Of a DNA stretch of 64,000 bases, positions 9,704 to 20,543 are shown piece by piece. The notes beneath the pieces were generated by a model that worked only from the letters and a program-made list of their open reading frames with translations, was not told the DNA's origin and searched no databases. A program made the position numbers and the translations under genes. The stretch comes from Draconibacterium sp. Lineage in GTDB: Bacteria > Bacteroidota > Bacteroidia > Bacteroidales > Prolixibacteraceae. Within the stretch, counting starts at the first letter, position 1. Each line of letters opens with the position of its first letter. The DNA lies in assembly GCA_041739985.1 (NCBI GenBank), contig JBGSMW010000022.1, forward strand, positions 1 to 64,000. The letters run 5' to 3'.

Positions 9704-11314
9704 TTACTTTTCTTCCATCAATGTTTTTATAAACCCGGGAGCTTTTCGGTGCCTTGTAGCTTGTTCAAACACAAATGAAATTTTCAATAAAGTGGGCTCA
9801 CTCCAGGCTCTCCCGAAAAATGAAATCCCAACTGGCAGCTCATGAACATAACCCATTGGAACAGTAATGTTTGGATAACCGGAAATAGCTGCTGGAGATG
9901 AACTTCCGCCGCTAAAATGATCGCCATTTACCCAGTCGATTGTCCAGGCAGGTCCATTTGTTTGTGCAATAATGGCGTCCAACTTGTGTTCATCCATTAC
10001 TTTGTCGATGCCTTCTTTTCCGGCAAATAATTTTGAGTTCTTGAGCGCTTCGAGGTATTCTTCTGAAGTCAGATCTTCTTTTTTCTGCGATTCTTCAAAA
10101 ATTTCCTGACCGAACCATGGCATTTCGCGCACGGCATTGTTCTTATTGAATTCGATGATATCTTTCATCGATTTTACAGGCGCATTGGGATGTTCAGCGA
10201 GGTATTTATTTAAATCGGCTTTAAATTCATACAACAAAACCTGGTACGACGGATCACCCCATTTACGCATGTTTTCAAATTTTACGTCTTCGATAATTTC
10301 CGCACCTTTCTCTTTTAAAACCTCAATAGCCTGTTTAAAAACTTCATCCACTTTCACATTAAACCCAATCATTTGCGAAGCAATTCCAATTCTCATTCCA
10401 CTCAAATCTTGCGCATTTATAAATTGGGTGTAATCGCTGAATATTTCCCCTTTTTCGATGTGGGTTTCAGCATCATCAGGGTCAAATTCTGCCAATGCGC
10501 CAAGCAAAATAGCTGCATCTTTTACAGTTCGCGCCATTGGCCCGGCGGTGTCCTGACTGTGTGCAATTGGTATAATTCCACTTCGACTCCACATTCCTAA
10601 AGTAGGTTTTATTCCAACCAAACCATTTATGCCTGATGGACAAACAATTGAGCCGTTGGTTTCTGTTCCTATTCCAATTACACATAAATTTGCCGAAACA
10701 GCTGCACCAGTGCCTGAGCTGGATCCACACGGGCTCCTGTCCAAACAAAATGGGTTGCGCACTTGTCCACCTCGACCACTCCAGCCACTTGAAGAATTAT
10801 CGGAACGAAAATTTGCCCACTCACTCAAATTGGTTTTCCCCAAAACAACGGCTCCTGCTTCGCGCAGTTTTTTGATTATGAATGCGTCTTTTTGTGCAAT
10901 ACTTCCTTCCAAAGCCAGAGAACCGGCTGTGGTTTGCATTTTGTCACCCGTATCAATGTTGTCTTTAAAAAGAATCAGAATTCCGTGCAGCACACCCCGA
11001 ACTTTTCCGGTTGTTCTTTCTTCGTCAAGCTGCTTTGCAATTTCCAAAGCATCGGGATTTAATTCAATAACCGACTTTAAAGTTGGGTCAACCAGTTTTA
11101 TTCTATCAAGGTATTTCTGACAGATTTCAACTGAGGTCAATTCACCCGTTTTCATTTTTTGCTGCAATTCATCTATTGTAATTTCATTGAATTCGAATTC
11201 CGAAAAGTTAGTTTCGGATTCCTGTTTTACTTCTATAGTACAGGCTGCAATTCCTGAAAAGGCAAGTACAGAGCTACTTAACGCTGTGGTTTTGAAAAAG
11301 GTGCGACGTTTCAT
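9704..11314 (-). CDS. amidase-signature family amidase, Tat-secreted
   Basis: 536 aa. Twin-arginine signal MKRRTFFKTTALSS. Amidase-signature Gly/Ser-rich block 'GGSSSGTGAAVSANLCVIGIGTETNGSIVCPS'. Confidence 0.8.
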   Translation of the reverse strand: MKRRTFFKTTALSSSVLAFSGIAACTIEVKQESETNFSEFEFNEITIDELQQKMKTGELTSVEICQKYLDRIKLVDPTLKSVIELNPDALEIAKQLDEERTTGKVRGVLHGILILFKDNIDTGDKMQTTAGSLALEGSIAQKDAFIIKKLREAGAVVLGKTNLSEWANFRSDNSSSGWSGRGGQVRNPFCLDRSPCGSSSGTGAAVSANLCVIGIGTETNGSIVCPSGINGLVGIKPTLGMWSRSGIIPIAHSQDTAGPMARTVKDAAILLGALAEFDPDDAETHIEKGEIFSDYTQFINAQDLSGMRIGIASQMIGFNVKVDEVFKQAIEVLKEKGAEIIEDVKFENMRKWGDPSYQVLLYEFKADLNKYLAEHPNAPVKSMKDIIEFNKNNAVREMPWFGQEIFEESQKKEDLTSEEYLEALKNSKLFAGKEGIDKVMDEHKLDAIIAQTNGPAWTIDWVNGDHFSGGSSSPAAISGYPNITVPMGYVHELPVGISFFGRAWSEPTLLKISFVFEQATRHRKAPGFIKTLMEEK

Positions 11315-11414
11315 TTTTTTAGATGGTTAGATTCATTAAACAAGAGTAATTTGCCAGTGAAAATACCAAAAATTAATATCGTTTGTTATTTATGATGATT
11401 ATAGCGATGCAGAA

Positions 11415-11456
11415 ATGAAAAAAGCAATGAATCAGAAATATTCTTGATTCATTGCT
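11415..11456 (-). terminator. rho-independent terminator for the BI-1-family gene
   Basis: 11-bp stem gcaatgaatca / tgattcattgc (11424-11434 / 11445-11455). On the minus strand it is followed by a U-run (top-strand gaaaaaa at 11417-11423). Confidence 0.6.
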
Positions 11457-11519
11457 TTAATTTGCTTTAACTATTTCCAAAATTTAAAACTTTAGAAATA
11501 CTTGGAAGTCAGTTATTTT

Positions 11520-12299
11520 TTAATCCCTACTCGCAAGTTTCGATAACAATCTTAAAATTTCGAGATACAACCAAATTAAAGTTACCATCAAACCAAAAGC
11601 GCCGTACCACTCCATATATTTTGGTGCGCCCTGTTCAGCAGCGTTTTCAATAAACGAAAAGTCAAGAACCAAATTGAAAGCCGCAATTGCAACAACCAAA
11701 AGACTGAATCCAATGCTGAAATTGCTGTTGCCGTGAAGGAACGAAAATTCCATCCCAAAAAATCCACCAATAAAACTTACGAGGTAAACAACTGCAATTC
11801 CGGCTGTGGCTGCAAAAATCCCCATTTTAAGTTTTTCAGTCACTTTGATAATTCCAGAGCGGTACAAAAACAACATAGCAAGAAAAACAGCTAATGTTAG
11901 TGCAACGGCACGCATTACAATTCCTGTGTACATTGATTCGAAAATGGCAGAAATACCACCAAGTAAAAGTCCTTCGAAAATGGCATAAATGGGTGCCGAA
12001 ATGCCTGAACTCTGCGGACGGAAAGCAGTAACCAAAGCAGTTATTAAACCTCCAATTCCACCAACAATTAACCAGGGCATAACAGCAGCAGCGCCACCTT
12101 CGGGATTTACTGCAATTGCTGCGAAAAATTTGTTCCATGTAAAAATTGCCGCTGCCATTACTATCAAAAGCATCAGCCCGGTTTTATTGATCGTACCGTT
12201 AATTGTCATTGCTTCCGAAGAGATGCTGTAATCTTTGTGGAAGACGTTTTCCTTAAGGACAGGATTTGAAGATTTTGTTATATTAATCATATTATTCAA
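11520..12299 (-). CDS. Bax inhibitor-1/YccA family membrane protein
   Basis: 259 aa. Seven predicted hydrophobic helices and Gly-rich TM segments typical of BI-1/YccA (remembered family pattern). Confidence 0.65.
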   Translation of the reverse strand: MNNMINITKSSNPVLKENVFHKDYSISSEAMTINGTINKTGLMLLIVMAAAIFTWNKFFAAIAVNPEGGAAAVMPWLIVGGIGGLITALVTAFRPQSSGISAPIYAIFEGLLLGGISAIFESMYTGIVMRAVALTLAVFLAMLFLYRSGIIKVTEKLKMGIFAATAGIAVVYLVSFIGGFFGMEFSFLHGNSNFSIGFSLLVVAIAAFNLVLDFSFIENAAEQGAPKYMEWYGAFGLMVTLIWLYLEILRLLSKLASRD

Positions 12300-12472
12300 A
12301 AATTAATTGTTCAACATTTACTTTTTAAAATTGTGTTTCTCCCAAAACAAAAAACCTGCCGTTAAAGTTTTCATGACAAGATTGCAGAAGGAAATTTAAA
12401 GTTCAAAATTAAATAACCTGTGGGGGATTAAAGTGTAATTTATTTATCTAAGCAGGTTTTAAAGTTTAAAGT

Positions 12473-13177
12473 CTAATTTTTTATGATATCCCGAAAATAA
12501 TCGCTGGTAAGTTCATCATAAAGTAATTCGCCTTGTTTCGTGGCATTTTCAGAATCTGATAATTGCAAGGTTTGTGAGAGTTCGACTGTTTGTTGATGTA
12601 AATAGACTGAACGTTTTCCAAGAGCCAGGATCGTGCGATAAAAAACTGTATTCAGCGCACTGTCTTTTGCCAAAGTTGGCAGTTCATCAAAAAATGGTTC
12701 AAACATTTCATCAATCGCTGATTTATCGGTTAAAGCAAGCCTGCCAATTAAATGAATGCCCGTGTAACGAACAATATGTTTTTTTGCGCGACACCATTCC
12801 ATGGATTTTATAAATGCGAATTTTGTTTTCACCCAAAGATTTGCCGACGCCTGCTCAGCAATTTCAGTGTTTTCAAAGGTTTTTGTCCAGAAATCAATTT
12901 GTTCTTCAGTAACTTGTTTGGGCTCGTCAATTAGGGTAGCCAAAATCATTGTTTCGCGCCATTGTTTGTTCCAAAGTTTCAATGCCAGTAAATGGTCGGG
13001 TTCAAACTTGTTTGCAATTTCACGAAGGTCGATAATTGAAAGGCCCCAGTTTATTTTATACTTAATTCCTTTTTGTTGCATCAACTCAGATACTTCACCG
13101 CTTTTGTAAGATTTTACCAGCATTAAAATTTGCTGGAATTTCTTTTCTGTTTCCTGGTTATCGAGAATAAAATCCAT
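12473..13177 (-). CDS. DNA alkylation repair protein (AlkD/AlkC-like HEAT-repeat glycosylase family)
   Basis: 234 aa. All-helical repeat composition. Resemblance to the 'DNA alkylation repair enzyme' family is from memory only. Confidence 0.45.
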   Translation of the reverse strand: MDFILDNQETEKKFQQILMLVKSYKSGEVSELMQQKGIKYKINWGLSIIDLREIANKFEPDHLLALKLWNKQWRETMILATLIDEPKQVTEEQIDFWTKTFENTEIAEQASANLWVKTKFAFIKSMEWCRAKKHIVRYTGIHLIGRLALTDKSAIDEMFEPFFDELPTLAKDSALNTVFYRTILALGKRSVYLHQQTVELSQTLQLSDSENATKQGELLYDELTSDYFRDIIKN

Positions 13178-13225
13178 TTTTTAAGATATGAGATTATTAG
13201 ATTTGAGTATCAAGCCTGAGACCAA

Positions 13226-14524
13226 TTATATAACAAATTCAACTAATGCAAAAATAACTAAAATGGTGAATGAGTAAATTGCATAAATTTTAATCGGAAG
13301 ATATTCATGTAAACTTACATTCAGTTTTCTTTTAACCTCAACCGTTAGATATATTTTTTCAAAAAGGTAAGCCATAAAAGTAGCAAAGGCAATTCCGTTA
13401 ATTCCGAAAAACCTTACCAATATTAAACTCAATGAAACATTCACAATCAATTCAAGAAGCGCCGCAGTTATAATTGGTTTCGAAATTTGTAAGCCGTTCA
13501 ACAAAGTTTGAGGTAAAATCAATCTGCTGATTATGATTAAAAGATAGATATTAAAAATTGTTGCACTTTCTGCAAATTTTGGGTTGAAAATGATTGGAAA
13601 AACCGGGTGTGTTATTAAAAGCAGAACGGCTGTTACAGGGAAAAGAAAGTGGGAAAGCCGGGTTACACTTTGTTTTAGTTTTAACAGATTCAATTTTAGT
13701 TGGCTTTCATTGGCAAAATCAGGTAGCATTGCAGTGCTTAAAGCATTTGCAAGCAACATTGCCAGTGGTAATTCGCGGGCACCATAGCGAAAAATGGCAA
13801 ACGTTCCCTCATCGAAATACGATGTTACAATAAAACCATCGACAAATTGAGCTGAACCGCTTAAAAAAGTTGCCAAAATCAGTGGTCCTCCAAGCTTCAG
13901 ATGTTCTTTTACAAATGAATGTGAATAGTTGGTTTCATGGTTTGAAATGAGAATAATTAAAAGCCATAAATAACGAAAAACTGACGATAAGACCAACCCT
14001 TTCAAAGCCATAGAAATTCCATAACCCAACATTACCGGCAGAGTTACAAGCACAAGCTGCACCGAAAATGAAACAATACTGTAAATTACAATTGCGCTGT
14101 TTTGCTTTTTAATAATATAGAAATATTCAATCAGGTTTGCTGGAACGCCAAAAACGATAAAGGCAAGGAGTAACCAGATTTCTGGAATATTTTTACCGTT
14201 TAAAAGGATATTTGAAAACAGCGGATGCAAAAAAAACAGAAAAACAGCTGCAAGAATACTAAAAACCTGAAGAACTATAAATGAACTAAAAATGTGTGAT
14301 TTTGTGTTTTTATGGGTTGTGGTAAGTGGTAGAAGTGCTTTTTGCAAACCGTTTAACCAAAAGAAACTTATTGCTCCGGCGATAAAAACGAAGGTTTCAT
14401 ATTCTCCAATTTCAGTTTGAGTAATGGCAGTTTTTGTAAAAATAATACCAATTAATATTAACGTTGCATAACGCACCAACTGGTAAAATTGAAAAGCCGA
14501 AATTGAATTTAATTTGTTTTTCAC
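13226..14524 (-). CDS. oligosaccharide/polysaccharide flippase (MOP/Wzx-like polysaccharide biosynthesis protein)
   Basis: 432 aa and highly hydrophobic with ~12 TM segments, a typical PST-family layout. Confidence 0.65.
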   Translation of the reverse strand: MKNKLNSISAFQFYQLVRYATLILIGIIFTKTAITQTEIGEYETFVFIAGAISFFWLNGLQKALLPLTTTHKNTKSHIFSSFIVLQVFSILAAVFLFFLHPLFSNILLNGKNIPEIWLLLAFIVFGVPANLIEYFYIIKKQNSAIVIYSIVSFSVQLVLVTLPVMLGYGISMALKGLVLSSVFRYLWLLIILISNHETNYSHSFVKEHLKLGGPLILATFLSGSAQFVDGFIVTSYFDEGTFAIFRYGARELPLAMLLANALSTAMLPDFANESQLKLNLLKLKQSVTRLSHFLFPVTAVLLLITHPVFPIIFNPKFAESATIFNIYLLIIISRLILPQTLLNGLQISKPIITAALLELIVNVSLSLILVRFFGINGIAFATFMAYLFEKIYLTVEVKRKLNVSLHEYLPIKIYAIYSFTILVIFALVEFVI

Positions 14525-14873
14525 TTTTGTTTTTGAGTGGCGATAAAATTAGAAAAAAATGCTTCCTTTTCAGTGCTTTTTAAGTTTACTGAAAAAATAC
14601 CTTTCCTGAAAATTTTATCTGACATTGAGACGCTAACTTTCCCAATAATCGGCTTTCCTGATTATTATTTATTATCCTTATTTCTTAAAATCAAATTGTT
14701 ACTTTAAGCATTGTTTGCATTTATGTAAACATTTGTCGGCAATATTTGATAAATATTTTTGAATGAATGTATTACAATTCAACTAAGTCAACATTTTCTG
14801 ATTTTTTTTGTCTAAATTGAGAAACCTTTTACTTGCAACGTTTGTTAAAAGAGTGATTTTATAAAAAACCTTT

Positions 14874-16154
14874 GTGTTTATTACTAAACTGAACAGTATG
14901 AGAGAATTTTTTCAGAGGAAAGTGAATCTTAAAAACAAGTCGAACTTTATTTTCCTTCTTATTTTTATTTCCTGTTTTACATTAACTACAAATTTATTGG
15001 CGCAAGACACTATCACTGTCGATTCTGGGAAAATCATTTCTGAAAGATTGATCGATACAAATAAAGTAGCTGCCAATGACAGTGGTTTGTTGAAAAAATC
15101 TGAAGAACATACTGTTGTTTCCAATGGTAATTCGCATGACGATATAAATCGGGGTGAACGTATTTTTATGGGTTTGCTTCCTTTTGACAGAAAATACGAG
15201 TCTTGTGTTTCTTGTCACGTTTTGAAACAGGTTGATACATTAAATTGGAATCCATCAGCAGTTGATATTGCGTTAAAATATGCAGACAAGGATTTTGCAT
15301 CTTTTCAGCAGGTTGTATTGCAACCATCTGGCAAAAAAATGGAGGCTTCACACAAAGACTTTAACATTGATGAAGGAAATCTTAAACAGGTAAAAGCATA
15401 CCTCGATAATCTGGCTCAAACAGGAACAAAGCCCATAAAACCAAGCATTAACAATCTGCTTTTATTTCTGTTTTTAGGATTATTAATTACCTGGGCGGTA
15501 ATTGAACTTATTTTTCTGAGAAAATTAAAATGGAAATTTATTCCTGTAATTGTTCTTTTGGGAGCTTTTGGCTGGCAGGTAAAAATAATTTCAACCGATG
15601 CAATGCGGCTGGGCAGGCAGCAGGATTATGCGCCTGATCAGCCCGTAAAATTCTCGCATAAAGTGCATGTTGGCGAAAACGGTATTGATTGCAAGTATTG
15701 CCATACAACGGTGGATCAAAGCAAATCAGCAGGAATTCCTGCAACAAATCTTTGTATGAATTGCCATGTTATTATTCGCGAAGGTACTAACAGCGGGAAA
15801 TTTGAAATTGCCAAAATTGTAAATGCTGTTGAAAAAGGAACACCAATTGAATGGGTTCGAATCCATAATTTGCCGGAACATGTTTTCTTTAGTCATGCTG
15901 TTCATGTGGGTTCGGGAAAATTAGATTGTACTCAATGTCATGGCGACGTAAAAGAAATGGATATAATGAAACAGCAAAACGACCTTTCTATGGGATGGTG
16001 TGTTAATTGCCACCGCGAAACAAAGGTTCAATTTGCCGAAAACCCATATTATAAGCAATTTCCGAAGTTGCATGAGGATTTAAAGACAGGTAAAATTGAC
16101 TCAATTACTGCCGAACAAATTGGTGCAAACGATTGTATGAAATGCCATTATTAG
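14874..16154 (+). CDS. actA: alternative complex III subunit ActA, multiheme cytochrome c
   Basis: 426 aa with a signal peptide. Six CxxCH motifs: CVSCH, CKYCH, CMNCH, CTQCH, CVNCH, CMKCH. It is the first gene of an actABCDEF-order operon. An alternative start exists at 14898. Confidence 0.8.
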   Translation: MFITKLNSMREFFQRKVNLKNKSNFIFLLIFISCFTLTTNLLAQDTITVDSGKIISERLIDTNKVAANDSGLLKKSEEHTVVSNGNSHDDINRGERIFMGLLPFDRKYESCVSCHVLKQVDTLNWNPSAVDIALKYADKDFASFQQVVLQPSGKKMEASHKDFNIDEGNLKQVKAYLDNLAQTGTKPIKPSINNLLLFLFLGLLITWAVIELIFLRKLKWKFIPVIVLLGAFGWQVKIISTDAMRLGRQQDYAPDQPVKFSHKVHVGENGIDCKYCHTTVDQSKSAGIPATNLCMNCHVIIREGTNSGKFEIAKIVNAVEKGTPIEWVRIHNLPEHVFFSHAVHVGSGKLDCTQCHGDVKEMDIMKQQNDLSMGWCVNCHRETKVQFAENPYYKQFPKLHEDLKTGKIDSITAEQIGANDCMKCHY

Positions 16155-16211
16155 TTCAAAGATCAAAGTGTAAAGTTTAGAGGTTGAAGTTCAAGGATTG
16201 AAAATCAGGTT

Positions 16212-19151
16212 ATGACAAAATATTGGAGAAGTATTGAAGAATTAAATGATCCGGTTAGTTTTAAGAAAGCCGAGATGCGATTGGAAGTTGATGCAAAACG
16301 TGCCGGGATACACAATCAGCCGGCATCGCGACGGGATTTTCTCAAAACATTTGGGTTTAGTGTAGCTGCTGCCAGTTTGGTCGCGAGTTGTACAAAACCT
16401 GTCAACAAGGCAATCCCGTTTCTAATAAAACCTGAAGAGGTTACGCCCGGAATGGCAAATTATTATGCTTCAACTTATTTCGAGGGAAATGAATATTGCA
16501 GTGTTTTGGTAAAAGTTCGCGATGGGCGGCCAATAAAAATTGAAGGAAATGGTCTTTCCCCGGTTTCGCAACAGGGAACGTCTGCACGTGTACAGGCGTC
16601 AATTTTAAATTTGTATGATGATGCACGATTTAAAACACCCTTAAAAAGGGGTGAAGCAACAAACTGGGAAGAAGTTGACGATTACATTAAAAATAAAGTT
16701 AGCCAGTTAAAACGCGACAACAAAAAACTGGTTTTACTCACTTCTACAATAATTTCTCCTTCTACAAAATCGGTTATTAATAAATTTTTGGCCGAAAATC
16801 CCAATGCACAATGGTTACAATATGATGCATTATCGGCTACCGGAATTTTAAAAGCCAATGAGTTAAGTTTTAGAAAAGCTTTTGTTCCTGATTACCGTTT
16901 TGACAAGGCAAATGTTATTGTAAGTTTTGGTGCTGATTTTCTGGGCACCTGGCTTTCAAATGTTGAATATACAAAAGGTTACTCAGCTGGTAGAAAATTA
17001 CTCAATGCTGGTGACCAAATGAGCCGCCATTATCAGTTTGAAAGCGGAATGTCAATTACAGGATCTAATGCAGATGTTCGTATTCCTGTAAAACCTTCAG
17101 AAGAAGGGTTGCTTGTCGCCAATCTTTTTAACGAATTATTGAAAACAAAAGGATTAACTTCAAAACAAGTTCCTGCATCAACCTATGATTTAAGCGGTTT
17201 GGTTGCCGATCTTTTGGAAAACGAAGGTAAATCACTCGTAGTTTCGGGCAGTAATGATGTTAATATTCAGGTAGTAGTTAACGGGATTAATAATTTACTG
17301 GGAAATTACGGAAACACAGTTTTAACTGGCAAAACATTGAATACCCATCAGGGAATCGATTCAGAATTTGAAACTTTCATTTCGGAATTAAAAAATAAAA
17401 CAATTGCAGGAGTAATGTGCTGGGGAGTTAACCCTGTTTACAACCATCCCGCCGGCACTGAAATTAAACAGGCATTTGAAGGTTTGGAACTTTCAGTTTC
17501 TTTTGCTGAAAAAGCTGACGAAACAACAGAAACCTGTCATTGGGTTTGTCCAACTCCCAATTATCTTGAAGCATGGAACGATGCCGAACCCAAAACCGGA
17601 AGTTTTAGTTTGGCACAACCAACGATTTCGAAATTGTTTGATAGTCGTCAGGTTCAGGAATCACTTATTAAATGGGGAGGTTTGGAAGAAACTGATTTCT
17701 ATTCTATCATAAAAAAATATTGGATAGACAATTTTAAAAGCCAGCAATCTGAATTTTCTGATGACCGCATGTTCTGGAACAGCACCTTGCAAATAGGGAT
17801 TTTTGAACCAGTAAATCCGGCATTTTCAGAATTGACTTACACCGAAAACGGTCTGTCTGATTCAATTTCACAAATAAAACCGGCAACAGATGGTTGGGAA
17901 GTTGCACTGTACGAAAGTGTAGCTTTAAGTAATGGAAATGCTGCAAACAATCCGTGGTTGCAGGAATTGCCTGACCCAATTGCAAAAGTGAGCTGGGATA
18001 ATTTCGCAGCTGTTCCTGTAAAATGGGCACAAGAAAATGGTGTTCAAAATGAATCAGTTATCACGGTAAACGGGATAGAAATGCCGGTTATCGTTCAGCC
18101 GGGACAAGCAGCCAATACAATATCTATTGCACTTGGTTATGGTCGCGAAATAGCCGGAAAGGTTGGCGATGGAGTAGGAAAAAATATGTTTCCCTGGTCA
18201 ATCATCGAAAATGGTGCTAAAAAATTGCGGGTAGCAGGTGCAACTGTTCAAAAAACTGAAAAGACTTATGAACTTGCTATTTCGCAAACACACCACTCAA
18301 TGGAAGGACGCCCGATCGTACGCGAAACTAATTTTGATGAATGGAAAACTAATCCTGCAGCAGGAAATCTGTTAAAGGAAGAACACGAAAAACACGCTGT
18401 TACATTATATCCCGAATTTGAATATAAAGGACACCATTGGGGAATGGCAGTTGATTTGTCTTCTTGTACAGGTTGTGGCAACTGCTCAGTTTCCTGTCAG
18501 GCTGAAAATAATATTCAGGTAATCGGGAAGGAGCAGGTTCGAAACCGTCGTATTATGCACTGGATTCGTATCGACCGTTATTTTTCGAGTGATGCAGAAA
18601 ATCCCGATGTATTTCATCAACCGGTTATGTGCCAGCATTGCGACAATGCACCCTGCGAAAATGTTTGTCCGGTTTCGGCAACTCCACACAGTGATGAGGG
18701 ATTGAATCAAATGGCTTACAACCGTTGTGTTGGGACAAAGTATTGTGTAAATAACTGCCCGTATAAAGTTCGCCGGTTCAATTGGTTTCAGTATGTTAAA
18801 AACGATGAATTTGATTTTGCATCAAACAGCGATTTGGGTAGAATGGTGCTAAATCCTGATGTTACAGTTCGTTCGCGTGGTGTCGTTGAAAAGTGTTCGT
18901 TTTGTGTGCAACGTATTCAGGAGAAAAAAGCAGAGGCAAAAGCTGCCGGTCGTATGATCGACGACGGTGAAATCCAAACAGCTTGCGTTCAGTCGTGCCC
19001 GGCAAATGCGCTGGTTTTTGGTGACATGAACAACCCTGAAAGCAAAATCTCAAAATACATGAAGAACGAACGGAATTATCATCTTTTAGAAGAGTTGCAC
19101 ACGTTGCCGTCGGTTGGATATTTAACTAAAGTAAGAAATAAAAAAGCATAA
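16212..19151 (+). CDS. actB: alternative complex III subunit ActB (fused molybdopterin-like + 4Fe-4S ferredoxin domains), Tat signal
   Basis: 979 aa. Tat motif 'SRRDFLKTFGFSVAAASL'. C-terminal Fe-S clusters 'CTGCGNCSVSCQ', 'CQHCDNAPCENVCP', 'CVGTKYCVNNCPY'. Confidence 0.85.
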   Translation: MTKYWRSIEELNDPVSFKKAEMRLEVDAKRAGIHNQPASRRDFLKTFGFSVAAASLVASCTKPVNKAIPFLIKPEEVTPGMANYYASTYFEGNEYCSVLVKVRDGRPIKIEGNGLSPVSQQGTSARVQASILNLYDDARFKTPLKRGEATNWEEVDDYIKNKVSQLKRDNKKLVLLTSTIISPSTKSVINKFLAENPNAQWLQYDALSATGILKANELSFRKAFVPDYRFDKANVIVSFGADFLGTWLSNVEYTKGYSAGRKLLNAGDQMSRHYQFESGMSITGSNADVRIPVKPSEEGLLVANLFNELLKTKGLTSKQVPASTYDLSGLVADLLENEGKSLVVSGSNDVNIQVVVNGINNLLGNYGNTVLTGKTLNTHQGIDSEFETFISELKNKTIAGVMCWGVNPVYNHPAGTEIKQAFEGLELSVSFAEKADETTETCHWVCPTPNYLEAWNDAEPKTGSFSLAQPTISKLFDSRQVQESLIKWGGLEETDFYSIIKKYWIDNFKSQQSEFSDDRMFWNSTLQIGIFEPVNPAFSELTYTENGLSDSISQIKPATDGWEVALYESVALSNGNAANNPWLQELPDPIAKVSWDNFAAVPVKWAQENGVQNESVITVNGIEMPVIVQPGQAANTISIALGYGREIAGKVGDGVGKNMFPWSIIENGAKKLRVAGATVQKTEKTYELAISQTHHSMEGRPIVRETNFDEWKTNPAAGNLLKEEHEKHAVTLYPEFEYKGHHWGMAVDLSSCTGCGNCSVSCQAENNIQVIGKEQVRNRRIMHWIRIDRYFSSDAENPDVFHQPVMCQHCDNAPCENVCPVSATPHSDEGLNQMAYNRCVGTKYCVNNCPYKVRRFNWFQYVKNDEFDFASNSDLGRMVLNPDVTVRSRGVVEKCSFCVQRIQEKKAEAKAAGRMIDDGEIQTACVQSCPANALVFGDMNNPESKISKYMKNERNYHLLEELHTLPSVGYLTKVRNKKA

Positions 19152-19157
19152 AAGCCT

Positions 19158-20543
19158 ATGTATAATTCAGAGGTACGGGGACGATTAATAACCGGAGATA
19201 AAAGTTTTGGGCAGATTTCAAGGGAAATTATTGCACCAATCCATGCAAAAACCCCGGTTTGGTGGTATTTTGCTGTTCTTGTAGGGTTAGTAATGTTTGG
19301 AATCGGCGGTTATTCAATTTTCCTGACATTAACCAAGGGAATCGGAATGTGGGGTGTCAACAATACTGTTGCCTGGGGTTGGGCAATCATCAATTTTGTT
19401 TGGTGGATTGGTATTGGTCACGCAGGTACTGCATTCTCCATTTTTCTTTTGATATTACGGCAAAAATGGCGTACTGCAATTAACCGCGCAGCCGAAGCAA
19501 TGACTGTAGTTGCAGTGTTTTGTGCCAGCCTATTTCCGCTGATGCATATGGGGCGGCCCTGGTTGTTTTTCTACATTTTCCCTTATCCAAATACCCGCGG
19601 TCCGCTTTGGGTGAATTTTAACTCGCCACTATTTTGGGACTTTGTGGCAATTTCAGCCTACTTGTTGATTTCGGCAAGTTTCTGGTATTTCGGTATGTTG
19701 CCCGATTTTGCAACAATCCGCGATACGGCAAAATCAAAAATCAAAAAAGCTGTTTATGGAGTGTTTGCTTTTGGATGGACTGGTTCGAGCCGAGAGTGGT
19801 TGAGATTCGAAGGTTTGAGTTTTGTGTTGGGCGGCATTGCGGCAGTGCTTGTGGTTTCAGTACATTCAATCGTATCAACCGACTTTGCAGTTTCAGTTGA
19901 AGTTGGTTGGCACACAACCATTTTTCCACCCTACTTTGTTGTAGGAGCAATTTTCTCGGGCTTTGCAATGGTACTTACATTGGTAGTAACCATGCGTGGC
20001 TTATATAAAATGAACGATTTTATAACCGATTCACATATCGATGCGGTTTGCCGGGTACTGATTTTTATATCACTGATTATGGGAACTGCATATTTGACTG
20101 AGATTTTTATGGCCTGGTATTCAGGTTCGCAGTACGAAATCTATATGTTTTTCCACAACCGGCTAACTGGCGAATATGCTTTTCAGTTTTGGGCGATGTT
20201 CGTTTCAAATGCTGTAATCCCGCAATTATTCTGGTTTAAAGGGATGCGCCGCAGAATGTGGGTTGTATTTGTAATTTCCATAATTATTAATATCGGCATG
20301 TGGTTCGAACGGTTTAATATTGTCGTAACTTCATTGAGCCGCGACTATCTGCCTTCAACCTGGGCATCCTATTCGCCAACATTGGTTGAAATTGGATTCT
20401 TTGCTGGAACTCTTGGAATGTTTATCGTTGGAGTTTTGTTATTCTTCCGCTATATACCAATGATTGCAATCTCAGAACTGAAAAGTGTAGCCAAATTCGA
20501 TAAACCACGCAATGAAAATTTAAAACACAACCATCATGAATAA
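19158..20543 (+). CDS. actC: alternative complex III subunit ActC (NrfD/PsrC-like quinol-interacting membrane subunit)
   Basis: 461 aa polytopic membrane protein. It follows actB by 6 nt. NrfD-like composition. Confidence 0.8.
   Translation: MYNSEVRGRLITGDKSFGQISREIIAPIHAKTPVWWYFAVLVGLVMFGIGGYSIFLTLTKGIGMWGVNNTVAWGWAIINFVWWIGIGHAGTAFSIFLLILRQKWRTAINRAAEAMTVVAVFCASLFPLMHMGRPWLFFYIFPYPNTRGPLWVNFNSPLFWDFVAISAYLLISASFWYFGMLPDFATIRDTAKSKIKKAVYGVFAFGWTGSSREWLRFEGLSFVLGGIAAVLVVSVHSIVSTDFAVSVEVGWHTTIFPPYFVVGAIFSGFAMVLTLVVTMRGLYKMNDFITDSHIDAVCRVLIFISLIMGTAYLTEIFMAWYSGSQYEIYMFFHNRLTGEYAFQFWAMFVSNAVIPQLFWFKGMRRRMWVVFVISIIINIGMWFERFNIVVTSLSRDYLPSTWASYSPTLVEIGFFAGTLGMFIVGVLLFFRYIPMIAISELKSVAKFDKPRNENLKHNHHE

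Noticed and set aside
10137-11120. Antisense and alternative-frame ORFs within the amidase gene (up to 163 aa)
   Set aside because: They are contained in a strongly supported 536-aa CDS with family motifs. Their translations are compositionally odd.
18535-18545. tRNA T-arm-like 'ggttcgaaacc'
   Set aside because: It lies inside the actB coding frame with no surrounding acceptor or anticodon stem structure. Coincidental.
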